Shown here: one piece after another, positions 21,483 through 31,658 of the stretch
How the letters are laid out: every line of letters starts with the position of its first letter
How positions within the stretch are numbered: the stretch's first letter is position 1
NCBI GenBank assembly: GCA_963781565.1
Contig: CAWAHA010000029.1
Span: forward strand, 15,683 to 79,682
Length of the DNA: 64,000 bases
Origin: an uncultured Acidimicrobiaceae bacterium
GTDB taxonomy: Bacteria; Actinomycetota; Acidimicrobiia; Acidimicrobiales; RAAP-2
Direction: 5' to 3'
Made by a program: the position numbers and the translations under genes
Notes under the pieces: model-generated
Databases searched by the model: none
What the model was told of the DNA's origin: nothing
What the model saw: the letters and a program-made list of their open reading frames with translations, nothing else

Positions 21483-21588
21483 CGGCCCTCCTCTCGTCGT
21501 GGTACTTACACCGGTGTCATTCGTCCGGGACTCAGCAATCTACCCCGCGGCTGCGCGGCGGCGATTGACCGCTGGCGGTTCACGGCAC

Positions 21589-22047
21589 TCAAAGATACGT
21601 GCCCGGGCGGCCGGTCTCGCCCGCCGAGGGAAGCCCGCGCTGGCGCATCTCCTCGAGCTGGGCCCGGGCCGCCATCTGCTGCGACATGAGCGTTGCCTGA
21701 ATCCCGTGGAAGAGGCCCTCGAGCCAGCCGACGAGCTGGGCCTGGGCGATCCGCAGCTCGGCGTCGCTGGGCGCGTCGTTGTCGAACGGTGGCGCCATCC
21801 GCTCGAGCTCGGCCACCAGGTCGGGTGACAGCACCTGGGAGAGGTCGCGAATCGATTGCTCGTAGATCTCCCGCAGCCGCACCCGGCTCTTCTCGTCGAG
21901 CGGCGCCGAGCGCACCTCGTCGAGCAGCGTCTTGACCATGGACCCGATGCGCAACACCTTGGCGGGCTCGTTGACCGACTCCGTCTGGCGCTCCTCCTCC
22001 GACTCGTCCCTGCTCACGCCGTCCAGGACCTCATCCGGGGAGACCAC
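21589..22047 (-). CDS. bpa: Bacterial proteasome activator (Bpa/PafE, DUF2587)
   Basis: SDAELRIAQAQLVGWLEGLFHGIQATLMSQQMAARAQLEEMR is close to what I recall of mycobacterial Bpa. The C-terminus is ...GRPGTYL (Bpa-type xxYL tail). Confidence 0.8.
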   Translation of the reverse strand: MVSPDEVLDGVSRDESEEERQTESVNEPAKVLRIGSMVKTLLDEVRSAPLDEKSRVRLREIYEQSIRDLSQVLSPDLVAELERMAPPFDNDAPSDAELRIAQAQLVGWLEGLFHGIQATLMSQQMAARAQLEEMRQRGLPSAGETGRPGTYL

Positions 22048-22211
22048 CCCTTCGGCCCCTGCGTCCCCGGGTCGGCCGCCTCAGTCGTCGTCATGTCGTC
22101 CTTCGTCGTGTCAGCCATGGTGCCTTCCGTCTCTGCGCGGTCGCCGGCATCGGTCGGCCGCACGGTCCCATTGGTCGTGGCGGGCCCATGTTGCCACCGG
22201 CCGCGTCCCGC

Positions 22212-23403
22212 TCACGAAGCCCGCCAGCCCAGGAGGGGCACGGACATCTCCGCCCGCGTCAGAGAGCCGTGGCGGGCCTTGAGCCGCAGCTCACCGGTGT
22301 CGGCCGGGTCGAGAAAGGCCGTCGGCGCGAAGGGAACGAGCGCCACATCACCCAGCCGCGCCGCCACCTCGGGTGAGGGCACTCCCCCGAGCCAGCCGTC
22401 GTCGATCATCTGCTCCTTCGTCCGCACCCAGGCCACGTCGCCGTGCAGCGACTGCCGCAGTGGCCGCCACGTCCTCGGCGGCGCCGGGACGGACATGCAA
22501 CCAGCGGAACCGCCCTTCGCCCGTGATCAGCGTGACCGCCTCCATGATCTCGGGACCGATCAGCTCGACCGATCCTCCGACCTCAACCTGCCCGTGGTCC
22601 GCCGTGACGACGAGGACCGCGCCCGGGGGGAGCACCTCGAGGACATCGCCGACGAGACGGTCCACGGCACGGAGTTCGTCGTCGTAGTACGGGCCCAGGC
22701 CTTCGGCATGGGCCACCTTGTCGATGCCCTCGTAATACGCATAGACAAATGGGGCACCGCCCGACGTCAGATCGCGGACGGCGGTCACGAGCCCAGCCGG
22801 CGTGTGCCAACGGTGCAGGTCGACGTCGCCCAGATGCGCCGCCGTGAATCCGGTCGGCCCGAAGTCCTGGCGGGTCACCACCGGGACGGGAGCCCGGGCG
22901 CCTGGGAACGACTGACAGGGCTGGAACCTCGACGCCGGCACGGACATCCGGGCGTCGACCCCACCGACAGACCACTGGAGCACGTTCATGACTTCTCCAT
23001 GGAGAGCGAGGCGGTAGCCGATCACACCGTGCTCCGCCGGGGTCCTCCCGGTGACGAGCGTCGTCAGGGCGCAGGCTGTGGTGCTGGGGGCCACCGACGT
23101 GATCGGTCCGCCGACACCGCCGGCCAGAACCGGGGCCAACGAACGGCGCTCACGGAGCTGCTCTTCACCGAGCCCGTCGAGCACGAGGAGCACGACCTGA
23201 TCGGCCCCGGCCACGGGCTCGGGAAACCAGTCGGGCAGGGGGGTCCGGCCCGGGTGGGCCAGCTCCCCGAGCAGGGAAGGCACGACCCGATGCAGGCCCG
23301 CACCGTCCCAGTCGGGCAGGACCGGTTCGGGCGGTCCCCCGGGCAATGCGTCCTCTTCCTGCGGCGACGACGCCGTCGCCTGGGCGGTAGCGCCGTCAGT
23401 CAC
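22212..23403 (-). CDS. Alkaline phosphatase / nucleotide pyrophosphatase superfamily protein; one frame correction near 22490
   Basis: VLLVLDGLGEEQL...APSTTACALTTLVTGRTPAEHGV...VVTADHGQV (ORF 22348..23442), plus the C-terminus in ORF 22212..22496. The GTG 23403 start is a guess. Confidence 0.65.
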
Positions 23404-23467
23404 GGAGGGACACCCTACGACCCACACACCCCCTGTACCCACGAACGGGCCGGTAGGATTGCAGTTT

Positions 23468-23901
23468 GTGAGGGTTTCGACGCGGGGAGACTACGCAAGC
23501 CGGGCTCTGCTCTCGCTGGCCCTGCACGGAGCGGAGACACCCACTTCGGTCAGGGACATCGCGGTCCGGACCGCCCTGCCCCAGCCGTACCTGGAGCAGA
23601 TCCTCCTGGCCCTCAAGGGAGCCGGCCTGGTCCGCTCGAAGCGGGGCGTGGGCGGCGGCTACGTCCTGGCCCGCCCCCCGAGGAGATCTCCCTGGCCCAG
23701 ATCGTGTCCGCCGTCGATGGCCCGATCGCGGCCGGCGACTTCGGGGAGCCGCACGAGAACGGCGCCTGCGACCACGAGGGCCAGTGCATCCTGTTGGCCG
23801 TCTGGGCCGACGTGGGCGAGACGATCCGCACCCACCTGCAGTCCTACAGCCTGGCTGACATGGTGACCCGGGCCCAAGGGGGCGTGGCGGCGACGGTCTG
23901 A
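23468..23901 (+). CDS. Rrf2 family transcriptional regulator; one frame correction near 23690
   Basis: (V)RVSTRGDYASRALLSLAL...SVRDIA...PQPYLEQILLALKGAGLVRSKRGVGGGYVLARPP, then EEISLAQIVSAVDGP...CDHEGQCILLAVW in the frame of ORF 21856..23901. Confidence 0.8.
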
Positions 23902-23913
23902 CCCGTCGCCCCG

Positions 23914-24487
23914 TCATCCCCGCAGGTTCCACGCCTCAATAGCCGGCCAGTCGAGTTCCCAGCCCAGGACGCAGACCGCCCCTGTCCGCAACAGGAAGAG
24001 GCGCCCGGCCACCGGAGGCAGCCCGAGCCACCGTGCCGTCAGCACCCGCAAAATGTGCCCGTGGGCCACACACAGGGTGTCGGTCTCGATGGCGCGGGCC
24101 CGCGCAATGACCCGGTCCGCCCGGCGGCCGACGTCGGCGGCGGTCTCCCCGGCGGGCACGCCGTCGTCCCACAGCGTCCAGCCCGGTCGGAGCTTCCGGA
24201 TTTCCGGCGCTGGTCAGGCCCTCGTAGTCTCCGTAGTCCCACTCCATCAGGTCGGGCTCGGGCTGGCCCTCGTACCCGGCCAGGGTGCACGTCTCCTCGG
24301 CCCGGACCAGCGGGCTGGTCAGCACCTGCCCGAAGTTCGTGGGGCCGTACTGGCGCACGAGGATGCCCGCTGCTCTCGCCTGCTCATTGCCCTCGGAGAG
24401 AAGGGGAATATCTGTGCGTCCCGTGTGTTTTCCATTCTCGGACCACTCGGTCGCCCCGTGTCGAAGAAGCACCATCCGGCCAGGCAT
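23914..24487 (-). CDS. Histidine phosphatase (phosphoglycerate mutase-like) family protein; one frame correction near 24190
   Basis: MVLLRHGATEWSENGKHTGRTDIPL (RHG motif) in ORF 23936..24796. The C-terminus, with the second catalytic His (LCVAHGHILRVL), is in ORF 23914..24159. Confidence 0.8.
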
Positions 24488-24644
24488 GGGGCGTAGACCA
24501 CCACGAGCCGGAAAACGACGCAACTCGGTCCGAACACCCCGATGGAATGATCCGGAGGCAAGTCCGGTTATACCCGACAGGTTGATCCCGGATTCACCCG
24601 GGTACGTACGACTGGGAGTGAGAGAAAGAACGTCTGGAGCCAAG

Positions 24645-25481
24645 ATGAAGAGCGCGGTGAGCACGTCGGACACATTGGGACTGATGCTGCGAGACCTCGA
24701 CCAATTCCCGATGCCCGACCATGAGCAGCAGGTCGAGCTAGCCAAGAGGGTCGTGGCCGGTGATGATGCTGCGAGAAAGCAGATGGTTGCCGCCAACCTG
24801 CGGTTGGTGGTGCACTGGGCCCGGCGCTACCAGGACCGAGGGGTCGACATGGCCGACCTGGTCCAAGAAGGCACCTTCGGGCTCATGCGCGCCGTGGACA
24901 AGTTCGACTGGGAGCGAGGCTTCCGGTTCTCCACCTACGCCACGTGGTGGATCCGGCAGGCTCTGCAGCGTGCCGTGCAGCAGCACGGCCGCACAATCCG
25001 CATCCCCCTCGAGGTCGGTGAGCAGATCCAGCGGCTCGAGCTGACCAAGTCCGAGCTCGCCAGCACTCTGGGCCGGAAGCCCACGGTGGCCGAGCTGGAC
25101 GAGGCGACTGGGATGACGGCGGACGAGCGGGAGTCCCTCGAGGACGTGGCCCGCGTGACCGCATCCTTGGATCAGCCGGCAGCGCTCGAGTCCTCGACCA
25201 CCTTGGGCGAGCTCGTCGCTCCCGATGACTCGGATTTCGTCATGGACGTGGAGCAGACGATGGTCTACGACCGGGTCCGCGATGCAGTCGAGCGCCTGCC
25301 CGGCCTGCAGCGGGACGTGCTCAGGCTCCGTTTCGGCTTCGACGGTGACTCGCCGGCCTCGTTGCAGTCCACGGCGGAGCGACTCGGCGTCGGTGTCCGG
25401 CGTGTGCGTCGGGCCGAGGAGGAGGCCCTGGCTGCACTGCAGTTCGATGCCGACGTCGTCGGCATCCACCAGGCCGCCTGA
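24645..25481 (+). CDS. Sigma-70 family RNA polymerase sigma factor (regions 2-4, no region 1.1)
   Basis: ATG 24645 lies within ORF 24285..25481. Contains DLVQEGTFGLMRAVDKFDWERGFRFSTYATWWIRQAL, RTIRIP and a region 4 HTH (SLQSTAERLGVGVRRVRRAE). No frame break. Confidence 0.85.
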   Translation: MKSAVSTSDTLGLMLRDLDQFPMPDHEQQVELAKRVVAGDDAARKQMVAANLRLVVHWARRYQDRGVDMADLVQEGTFGLMRAVDKFDWERGFRFSTYATWWIRQALQRAVQQHGRTIRIPLEVGEQIQRLELTKSELASTLGRKPTVAELDEATGMTADERESLEDVARVTASLDQPAALESSTTLGELVAPDDSDFVMDVEQTMVYDRVRDAVERLPGLQRDVLRLRFGFDGDSPASLQSTAERLGVGVRRVRRAEEEALAALQFDADVVGIHQAA

Positions 25482-25492
25482 GCCCGACCCAG

Positions 25493-26476
25493 CTATCGCG
25501 CCAGGTAGGCCTCAAGGTCGGCGGGCAGCGGCGAGGTGAACTCGCTGCGCCTTCCCGTGACCGGGTGCACGAATCCCAGCTTGAAGGCGTGCAGGAAGAA
25601 TCGCCCCGACCCGAGGCGCTTGTCCGGCGCGCCGTAGCGGGCGTCCCCGACGACGGGGTGCCCGATGGCCGCCATGTGCACTCGGATCTGATGGGTCCTT
25701 CCGCTCTGCAACGCGAGCTCCAAGAGGGTGGTGGGCTGCTCCCCTGCGCGCCGCTCCAGGACAGTGAAGCCGGTGCGGGCCGGCTTTCCTGAGGCGGTGA
25801 CCGCCATCTTGGTCGGGGTGCGGGTGGAGCGGCCTATGGGCGCTTCGACCTCACCCCGGTCGTCGGCCACTTCGCCGGCGACGAGAGCCAGGTAGCGACG
25901 CTCCATGGTCCTGGTCGCCAACTGATCGACCAGCGCCCGGTACGCGTCCTCGGTCCGGGCCACGGCCAAGAGGCCCGACGTGCCCTTGTCGAGGCGGTGG
26001 ACGATCCCGGGCCGATCCGGCGGGCACACCCCAGCGGCCACCAGCTCGGCCAGATCGGGGAACCGGGAGAGCAGACCGCCGACCAGGGTCCCCTCGTCGT
26101 GCCCTGCCCCAGGATGGACCACCAGCCCGGCCGGCTTGTCCACGACCACCACCGCGTCGTCGGCGAAGACGACCTCGAAGCGCACGCCGGGTTCCGCCGC
26201 CACGCCAGCCTGCCGCTCCGCCGGAAGGCGAATGGTCAGCGTGGCCCCCTGACGGAGCATCTCCCGACCCACCGAGACCGGGGAGCCGTCCACGAGGACG
26301 CGGCCCTCCGCAATCAGCTGGGTGGCCGCCGCCCGCGAGACGTCGGCCACCATGGCCACAGCGCGGTCTGCCCGGACCCCCGCCAGGAGTGCCGGTACCT
26401 CCGTCGCAATAGTCTCCTCGCCCGTCGTCGGCGACGCCCCCGCGCCGGGAGCGCCGGAACCTGTCTCCCCGCTCAC
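25493..26476 (-). CDS. RluA-family 23S rRNA pseudouridine synthase (RluD-like) with an S4 domain
   Basis: HRLDKGTSGLLAVART, TGRTHQIRVHMAAIGHPVVGDARYG. Intact. Confidence 0.9.
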   Translation of the reverse strand: MSGETGSGAPGAGASPTTGEETIATEVPALLAGVRADRAVAMVADVSRAAATQLIAEGRVLVDGSPVSVGREMLRQGATLTIRLPAERQAGVAAEPGVRFEVVFADDAVVVVDKPAGLVVHPGAGHDEGTLVGGLLSRFPDLAELVAAGVCPPDRPGIVHRLDKGTSGLLAVARTEDAYRALVDQLATRTMERRYLALVAGEVADDRGEVEAPIGRSTRTPTKMAVTASGKPARTGFTVLERRAGEQPTTLLELALQSGRTHQIRVHMAAIGHPVVGDARYGAPDKRLGSGRFFLHAFKLGFVHPVTGRRSEFTSPLPADLEAYLAR

Positions 26477-26976
26477 GCCGCCCCCTTCGCCTCGGGACGG
26501 GCCGGTGCTCGGCCACCGAAGAGCAGCGCCACGATGATGACGATCACGCCCACCGTCACGCAGGCATCGGCGACGTTGAAGGTGGGCCAGTCGCGCAGGG
26601 TGATGAAATCGGGCACCTCCCCGCCCGGACCGCCCACGATCCGCTCGCTCAGGTTCCCGATGGCGCCGCCGAGCACAAGCCCCGAGCCCACCGCCAACGG
26701 GAGGGTGCGGACCTGCCCCACCACGAAGGCCAGCACCACGACGGCCACGCAGAGGACGATCGTCACCAAGAGGCCACGGCCGCTGAAAAGGCTGAAGGCG
26801 AAGCCAGAGTTGTAGGTGAGCGCCAGGCCGAAGGGCCCCCAGACGTGACGAGGGTCATGCAGATGGTCCACGGCGAGCGTGGTCGTCACCCGGTCCACGA
26901 CCACCACCGTGACGGCGATGGCGAACGCCAGGACGCCGAGGCGGGTTAGCGCCGCGACAGCCCGCCGCTCTTGCAT
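26473..26976 (-). CDS. lspA: Lipoprotein signal peptidase II
   Basis: Four TM helices, FNVADACVTVG motif, and an ATGA overlap with the pseudouridine synthase gene. Confidence 0.85.
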   Translation of the reverse strand: MQERRAVAALTRLGVLAFAIAVTVVVVDRVTTTLAVDHLHDPRHVWGPFGLALTYNSGFAFSLFSGRGLLVTIVLCVAVVVLAFVVGQVRTLPLAVGSGLVLGGAIGNLSERIVGGPGGEVPDFITLRDWPTFNVADACVTVGVIVIIVALLFGGRAPARPEAKGAA

Positions 26977-27833
26977 GCCACGCAGAGGCGGGCATACGGC
27001 AACGCCCGCAGGCGCGGCTTCGGAATGGGCTGAAAGCAGCGCTCGCAGTACCCGAACGTCTTGTCCTCAATGCGTCGCAACGCATCGTCGATCTCCTCGA
27101 CCGCCAGGAGGGCCTGGCCGGAGAGTGCGAGGTTGCGCTCCCGATCGACGGTGACGGTGCCGCCCTCACCCGATTCCTCGTCGAACTGGACGTCACCGGG
27201 TTCACGCTCGAGCGCCAGCGAGTCCGCCTCGGCCCGCAACGAGGTGGCCTGCTCCTGGTAGATGGCACGGTCGGCGACCAGAAGGTCATGCACCTCTTCG
27301 AGGAACTTCGTGTCCTTGGCGTAGGGCCCGGTCTTCGGCCGGACCGGCGGCGGTGCCTTCGGCTTCGGCGTGAAGGTGGTACGGGGAGGAGCGACCGGGT
27401 CGGCCGCTCCGTTCCCGGCGGCCACTTTTGACCCGGCCGCGACCTTCTTGGCGGTGGACTTCTCGGCCGCCTTCTTGGCGGTCGCCGGAGCGGGGCTGGC
27501 CTTCTTGGCCGGCGCCGCCTTCTTGGCGGCGGGGGCTGCCTTCTTCGTCGGCGGGGCCGCCTTCTTGGCCGGCACCGCCTTCTTGGCCGATGCGGTCACG
27601 CTCTTCTTGGGCGCGACGGTCGACTTCTTCGCTGACGGTGCGGCCTTCTTGGCCGCGGGGGCTGCCTTCTTCACAACAGGAGCTGCCTTCTTTTTAGTGG
27701 GGGCGGGACGCTTTGTCGCCGTTGCGTCAACCTTCGCTGAGGTCTTTTTGTTCCCGGCCCGTGAGGTTGTCGCGGCGGCCACCCGCGACGCCGGTGCCCG
27801 CTTGACCTGGGCACCTTTGCTCGCTGGGGTCAT
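26946..27833 (-). CDS. DksA/TraR C4 zinc-finger protein with a long N-terminal Lys/Ala/Pro repeat (histone-H1-like) domain
   Basis: Residues ~20-150 consist of AKKA/PAKK repeats. The C-terminus has a coiled region and CERC...CVAC (YCERCFQPIPKPRLRALPYARLCVACK). It sits between lspA and divIVA. Confidence 0.8.
   Translation of the reverse strand: MTPASKGAQVKRAPASRVAAATTSRAGNKKTSAKVDATATKRPAPTKKKAAPVVKKAAPAAKKAAPSAKKSTVAPKKSVTASAKKAVPAKKAAPPTKKAAPAAKKAAPAKKASPAPATAKKAAEKSTAKKVAAGSKVAAGNGAADPVAPPRTTFTPKPKAPPPVRPKTGPYAKDTKFLEEVHDLLVADRAIYQEQATSLRAEADSLALEREPGDVQFDEESGEGGTVTVDRERNLALSGQALLAVEEIDDALRRIEDKTFGYCERCFQPIPKPRLRALPYARLCVACKSGGLSRR
27383..27773 (-). repeat. Low-complexity coding repeat (GCCTTCTTGGC-type units) encoding AKKA/PAKK
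   Basis: Reiterated ...gccttcttggc... units are visible on the plus strand. Confidence 0.8.
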
Positions 27834-27854
27834 CGTTCCCTCCTTCGGACCACG

Positions 27855-28739
27855 TCAGGTGGCCGGATGCCCCGAACAAGACCTCGCCCGGGGAGCGGGT
27901 GACGATACCGGAATGCGAGGGACAGGGGCAACAAGCCCTGCCGTCCCGAGGGGGTTGGTCAGATGGACCCGGGCGATCCCGAGACGGACGCGCTCTGCAG
28001 GTTCAGGGTCGGCGGACCGTCTTCGGTCTCCGGGCAGCCGTTGCGGCCGGGCGTCCTGGTCGTGTGGCATCTGCTGGGGCGCCGCCTTCGGCTTGACCCC
28101 CATCAGCGAGTTGGCCGGCTGCACGTTCTCGTCGACCCACTTGAGGATCTCGGACAGGGCGCCGCGCAGCCGGTTGCGCTCCGACTCGAGGTGGCGGGCC
28201 ATGCTCTCCACATCGGTGGCCAGCTCAGTGCGGGTGGCCTCCAGCCGCGTGACCTCCTCGCGGAGCTTCTGGTGCGTCTCGGCCTGGAGTTGCGCCGACG
28301 TCGCCTCGGCTGCGGCAATGGCGGCGCGTGCCGTCTCCTCTGCCTGGGCGACGACCACCGCCGCCTCCGCCTCGCTCTCCCGCTTCGTCTGGTCGACGAA
28401 CTTCTGCGCCAGGAGGAGGGTGCGCTGCAGCGTCTCGTCGGAGAGTGCATTGGCCTCGGCCGTGGCGGCCGCCGCCGCAGCTGCCGCGGCGACGCCCTCT
28501 TCGCTGTCGGCCGCCATCGGCGCCGCCCGCTTGTCCCGCTCGAGCTGCGCGATGCGCTCGCTGGCCTGGCGCAGCCGCTCGTTCAGTTGCCGGACGTGGT
28601 CCTGGAGCCCTTCGGCTTCCTGGGCCGCCTTGTCCAGGTACTCATCGACCTCGTCGACGTTGTAGCCCTTCAGCCCGAGGCGGAATTCCACGGTGCGGAG
28701 CGTGTCGAGGATCGATGAGGGGGCCTGAGAATTGTCCAT
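27855..28739 (-). CDS. divIVA: DivIVA/Wag31 polar growth and division protein
   Basis: LRTVEFRLGLKGYNVDEVDEYLD N-terminal domain plus long coiled coils. The start is taken at the internal ATG 28739. The frame of the C-terminal ~70 aa is uncertain. Confidence 0.85.
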   Translation of the reverse strand: MDNSQAPSSILDTLRTVEFRLGLKGYNVDEVDEYLDKAAQEAEGLQDHVRQLNERLRQASERIAQLERDKRAAPMAADSEEGVAAAAAAAAATAEANALSDETLQRTLLLAQKFVDQTKRESEAEAAVVVAQAEETARAAIAAAEATSAQLQAETHQKLREEVTRLEATRTELATDVESMARHLESERNRLRGALSEILKWVDENVQPANSLMGVKPKAAPQQMPHDQDARPQRLPGDRRRSADPEPAERVRLGIARVHLTNPLGTAGLVAPVPRIPVSSPAPRARSCSGHPAT

Positions 28740-28854
28740 GGATTCTGAGTCTAACCCCAGCACCTTGTGATTCCAGGTATGCCGCGATCAGTTCAGAAGC
28801 ACCGGAATCAGCACGAATTGCGCAACCAGGATGACGGGGAGGAAGGAGAAGAGT

Positions 28855-29106
28855 TCAGCGCCACAAGACCTGGAACACCAGGATGTTGCCAACCACGATG
28901 ACGATCAGGAAGGAGAAATCCAGGCCACCCATCGGCTTGACGATCTTGCGCACCGGCCGCAGCACAGGCTCGGTCGCCTGGTAGAGGAAGTACTGGACCC
29001 GCGCCAGAGGGGTGCCCGGCTGGATTCGGAACCAGCTCAGGATCGCGTAGGGGAACATGATCACCCACATGTACAGCAGGATTAGCAGTCCGATGAAGTA
29101 GAACAC
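28855..29106 (-). CDS. yggT: YggT family membrane protein
   Basis: 83 aa, two TM helices, ILSWF...P...ATEPVLRPVRKIVKPMGGLDFS. Confidence 0.8.
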   Translation of the reverse strand: MFYFIGLLILLYMWVIMFPYAILSWFRIQPGTPLARVQYFLYQATEPVLRPVRKIVKPMGGLDFSFLIVIVVGNILVFQVLWR

Positions 29107-29126
29107 TGCCCGCGAGGGTAATGCGG

Positions 29127-29711
29127 TTAGTCGCGGCCGAAACCGCGCTCAACCAGTCGCTGACGCTCCTCGTCGGAGACCTTGACGTTGGTCGGGGCCA
29201 GCAGGAATACCTGGTCGGCCACTTTCTCCATCTCTCCGCTGAGCGCATAGGTGACGCCGCTGCAGAAATCGATCATGCGCCGCTGCAGGTCGCGGTCGGC
29301 CATCTGGAGGTTGACGATCACCGGACGGTTGTCCTTCAGGCGGTCGGCGATCTCCTTGGCGTCGCCGAACCGAGAAGGCGCCACCACGTGCACCCGTCCC
29401 GAGGCGGCCGGCGCCGGTCCGGTCGGGTTCATGGTCGGGTCGACGGGAACAGCCCGCACCGCCGTCGGACGGGGCGCCACGTTGCTGGGCGTCGACCTGG
29501 TCTGCTGGCTCGGCTGGGCCGACTCACGCGGAATGGTGCGGACCCGGCTCATGCCGCCGCTGAACGCCTCCGCCGGCTCCGGATCCTGGTCCTGAGACCG
29601 GGAGTCGACCCTGGTCGCGGCCGAGAAACCACGCGGCGCGCGGTCCTCCAGGTCGTCGTACTCGTCGTACTCGTCGTCGAGCAGGCCGAGATACACCATG
29701 GTCTTCTTCAT
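29127..29711 (-). CDS. sepF: Cell division protein SepF
   Basis: N-terminal MKKTMVYLGLLDDE membrane-targeting helix. C-terminal core VVAPSRFGDAKEIADRLKDNRPVIVNLQMADRDLQRRMIDFCSGVTYAL. Confidence 0.85.
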   Translation of the reverse strand: MKKTMVYLGLLDDEYDEYDDLEDRAPRGFSAATRVDSRSQDQDPEPAEAFSGGMSRVRTIPRESAQPSQQTRSTPSNVAPRPTAVRAVPVDPTMNPTGPAPAASGRVHVVAPSRFGDAKEIADRLKDNRPVIVNLQMADRDLQRRMIDFCSGVTYALSGEMEKVADQVFLLAPTNVKVSDEERQRLVERGFGRD

Positions 29712-29870
29712 GAACGAGGGTGACATGCCTTCTCCTGTCCTCGGACAGCGTAGTGCCTGCTCGGCAGCGCGGGCAGGTCCTGGAGGACGGGCATCTCGGG
29801 TCCTTGCACCCTGACGCTCCTGCTCAGCCTCATCTCGGCCTCGACCCGAGGTTGCCCGTCAGGCTCCACC

Positions 29871-30527
29871 TCACGCTGCGGTCACCGGCGGGCGCGGCCC
29901 GAAGAGGGCCCGGCCGATGCGCACCATGGTCGAACCGGCGGCGACCGCCGCCTCGAGGTCGTCGCTCATCCCCATGGAGCGTTCCTCCAGCCCGAGGCCG
30001 TCGGCCAGGCGCCCGAGGGTCTCGAACGCCTCCTTTGCCGCACCCTCGCCCGGGGCCGCCACCGTCATGAGGCCTTCCACCTGCAAGCCCGATATCACCG
30101 AGCTGCGCCACCACTGCGCCGGTGGCGGCCGGCGCGCACCCGTTGCGACCGGGCAGGCCGGTCGTCTCGACTTGGACCAGGACCCGCGCCCGGGGGGCGA
30201 ACCGGGCGATCCGCTCACCCTCGGCGACCCGGGCCACGCTCTGCCAGACGCCCACCAGCGGGGCGAGCTGCGCGACCTTGTTCCGTTGCACCGCGCCCAG
30301 GAAGTGCCAGACCACGTCGGTGGTGTCGACCACCCCGGGCCCGGTCCCGCCCCAGCTTCGGCCGCCTTCGCCACGAGCTCCGCCGCGTAGTTCTCACCCA
30401 GGTCGGTCAGCCCGGCATCCACCGCGGCACGCACGGCGTCGGGACCGAAACCCTTGGTGACGCCGATCACCCGCACCCGGGCGGGGTCCCCGCCGGCGCG
30501 CGCAATCCGCTCCCGAACTGCGAGCAA
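29871..30527 (-). CDS. ylmE: YggS/YlmE PLP-binding homeostasis protein; two frame corrections (about 30335, 30090)
   Basis: VIGVTKGFG...LGENYAAEL (ORF 29871..30527 N-terminus), WHFLGAVQRNKV (ORF 29830..30333), and SMGMSDDLEAAVAAGSTMVRIGRALFG (C-terminus). Confidence 0.8.
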   Translation of the reverse strand: MLAVRERIARAGGDPARVRVIGVTKGFGPDAVRAAVDAGLTDLGENYAAELVAKAAEAGAGPGPGWSTPPTWSGTSWARCNGTRSRSSPRWWASGRAWPGSPRVSGSPGSPPGRGSWSKSRRPACPVATGARRPPPAQWWRSSVISGLQVEGLMTVAAPGEGAAKEAFETLGRLADGLGLEERSMGMSDDLEAAVAAGSTMVRIGRALFGPRPPVTAA

Positions 30528-30547
30528 GCCTGCGTGCGACTTCGTCG

Positions 30548-31658
30548 CTAGCGAAGGAAGGAGGGGACGTCGAAATCGTCGTCTCCCAGGTCGAGCTCCT
30601 CGTCGGCCCCGGTGGCGTCGGCGAAGATGTCCACCGGCTCGGGCGTCGAGAAGATCGTCGAAGCGAGGTCCTCGGCCTTCGATGAGGGACTGGCGCCCTC
30701 TTCCCAGCGCTCGAACCCTGCCGCGATCACGGTGACCCGTACCTCGTCGCCCATGGAGTCGTCGATGACCGCGCCGAAGATGATGTTGGCGTCGGGGTGG
30801 GCGACGCCGTGGATGATTTCCGCCGCCTCGTTCACCTCGAAGAGCCCGAGGTCAGAACCGCCCGCGATGTTGAGCACCATGCCGCGGGCGCCCTCAATGG
30901 AGGCCTCGAGCAGCGGAGAGGTGATGGCGGCCCGGGCCGCGTTGGCCGCCCGTCCCTCGCCGATGGACGAGCCGATGCCCATGATGGCGGTGCCGGCGTT
31001 GGTCATGACCATCTTCACGTCGGCGAAGTCGGTGTTGATGAGGCCCGGCACCGTGATGAGGTCGGTGATGCCCCGCACACCTTGCAGGAGCACCTCGTCG
31101 GCCATCTTGAAGGCGTTGACCATGCTGGTCTTGTCGTTCGACACGGTGAGGAGGCGGTCGTTCGGAATGACGATGAGGGTGTCGACCTTCTCCTTGAGGA
31201 TCTGGATCCCCTTCTCGGCCTGCATGGCCCGGCGCCGTCCCTCGAAGGTGAAGGGCCGGGTGACCACGCCGATGGTCAGCGCGCCGAGGCCCTTGGCGAT
31301 TTCGGCCACGACCGGGGCGGCGCCCGTGCCCCGTGCCCCCGCCCTTGCCGGCGGTGATGAAGACCATGTCGGCGCCCTGGAGCGCCTCTTCGATTTCGGC
31401 CCGGTGCTCCTCGGCAGCCAGCCGGCCCACTTCGGGGTCGCTTCCGGCACCCAGCCCGCGGGTGAGCTGGCGCCCGATGTCCAGCTTCAGGTCGGCGTCG
31501 CTCATCAGGAGCGCCTGCGCGTCGGTATTGGCCGCAATGAACTCGACGTTGCGCAGACCCGAATCGATCATCCGATTGACGGCATTGACGCCACCGCCAC
31601 CGACCCCGACGACCTTGATCACTGCCAGGTAGTTGCCCTGGGAAGGCACGGTCGTCAT
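30548..31658 (-). CDS. ftsZ: Cell division GTPase FtsZ; one frame correction near 31328
   Basis: [17 protein letters not shown] (ORF 30894..31736). Removing one base near 31328 restores [17 protein letters not shown], which then runs into ORF 30548..31450, ending [10 protein letters not shown]. Confidence 0.95.

Noticed and set aside
27383-27773. Repetitive DNA considered as a CRISPR-like or other non-coding repeat array. The same question was asked of 42595-42630 and 44993-45091.
   Set aside because: There is no repeat-spacer periodicity. The first two are in-frame low-complexity coding repeats (AKKA and TTTP), and the third is a homopurine tract.
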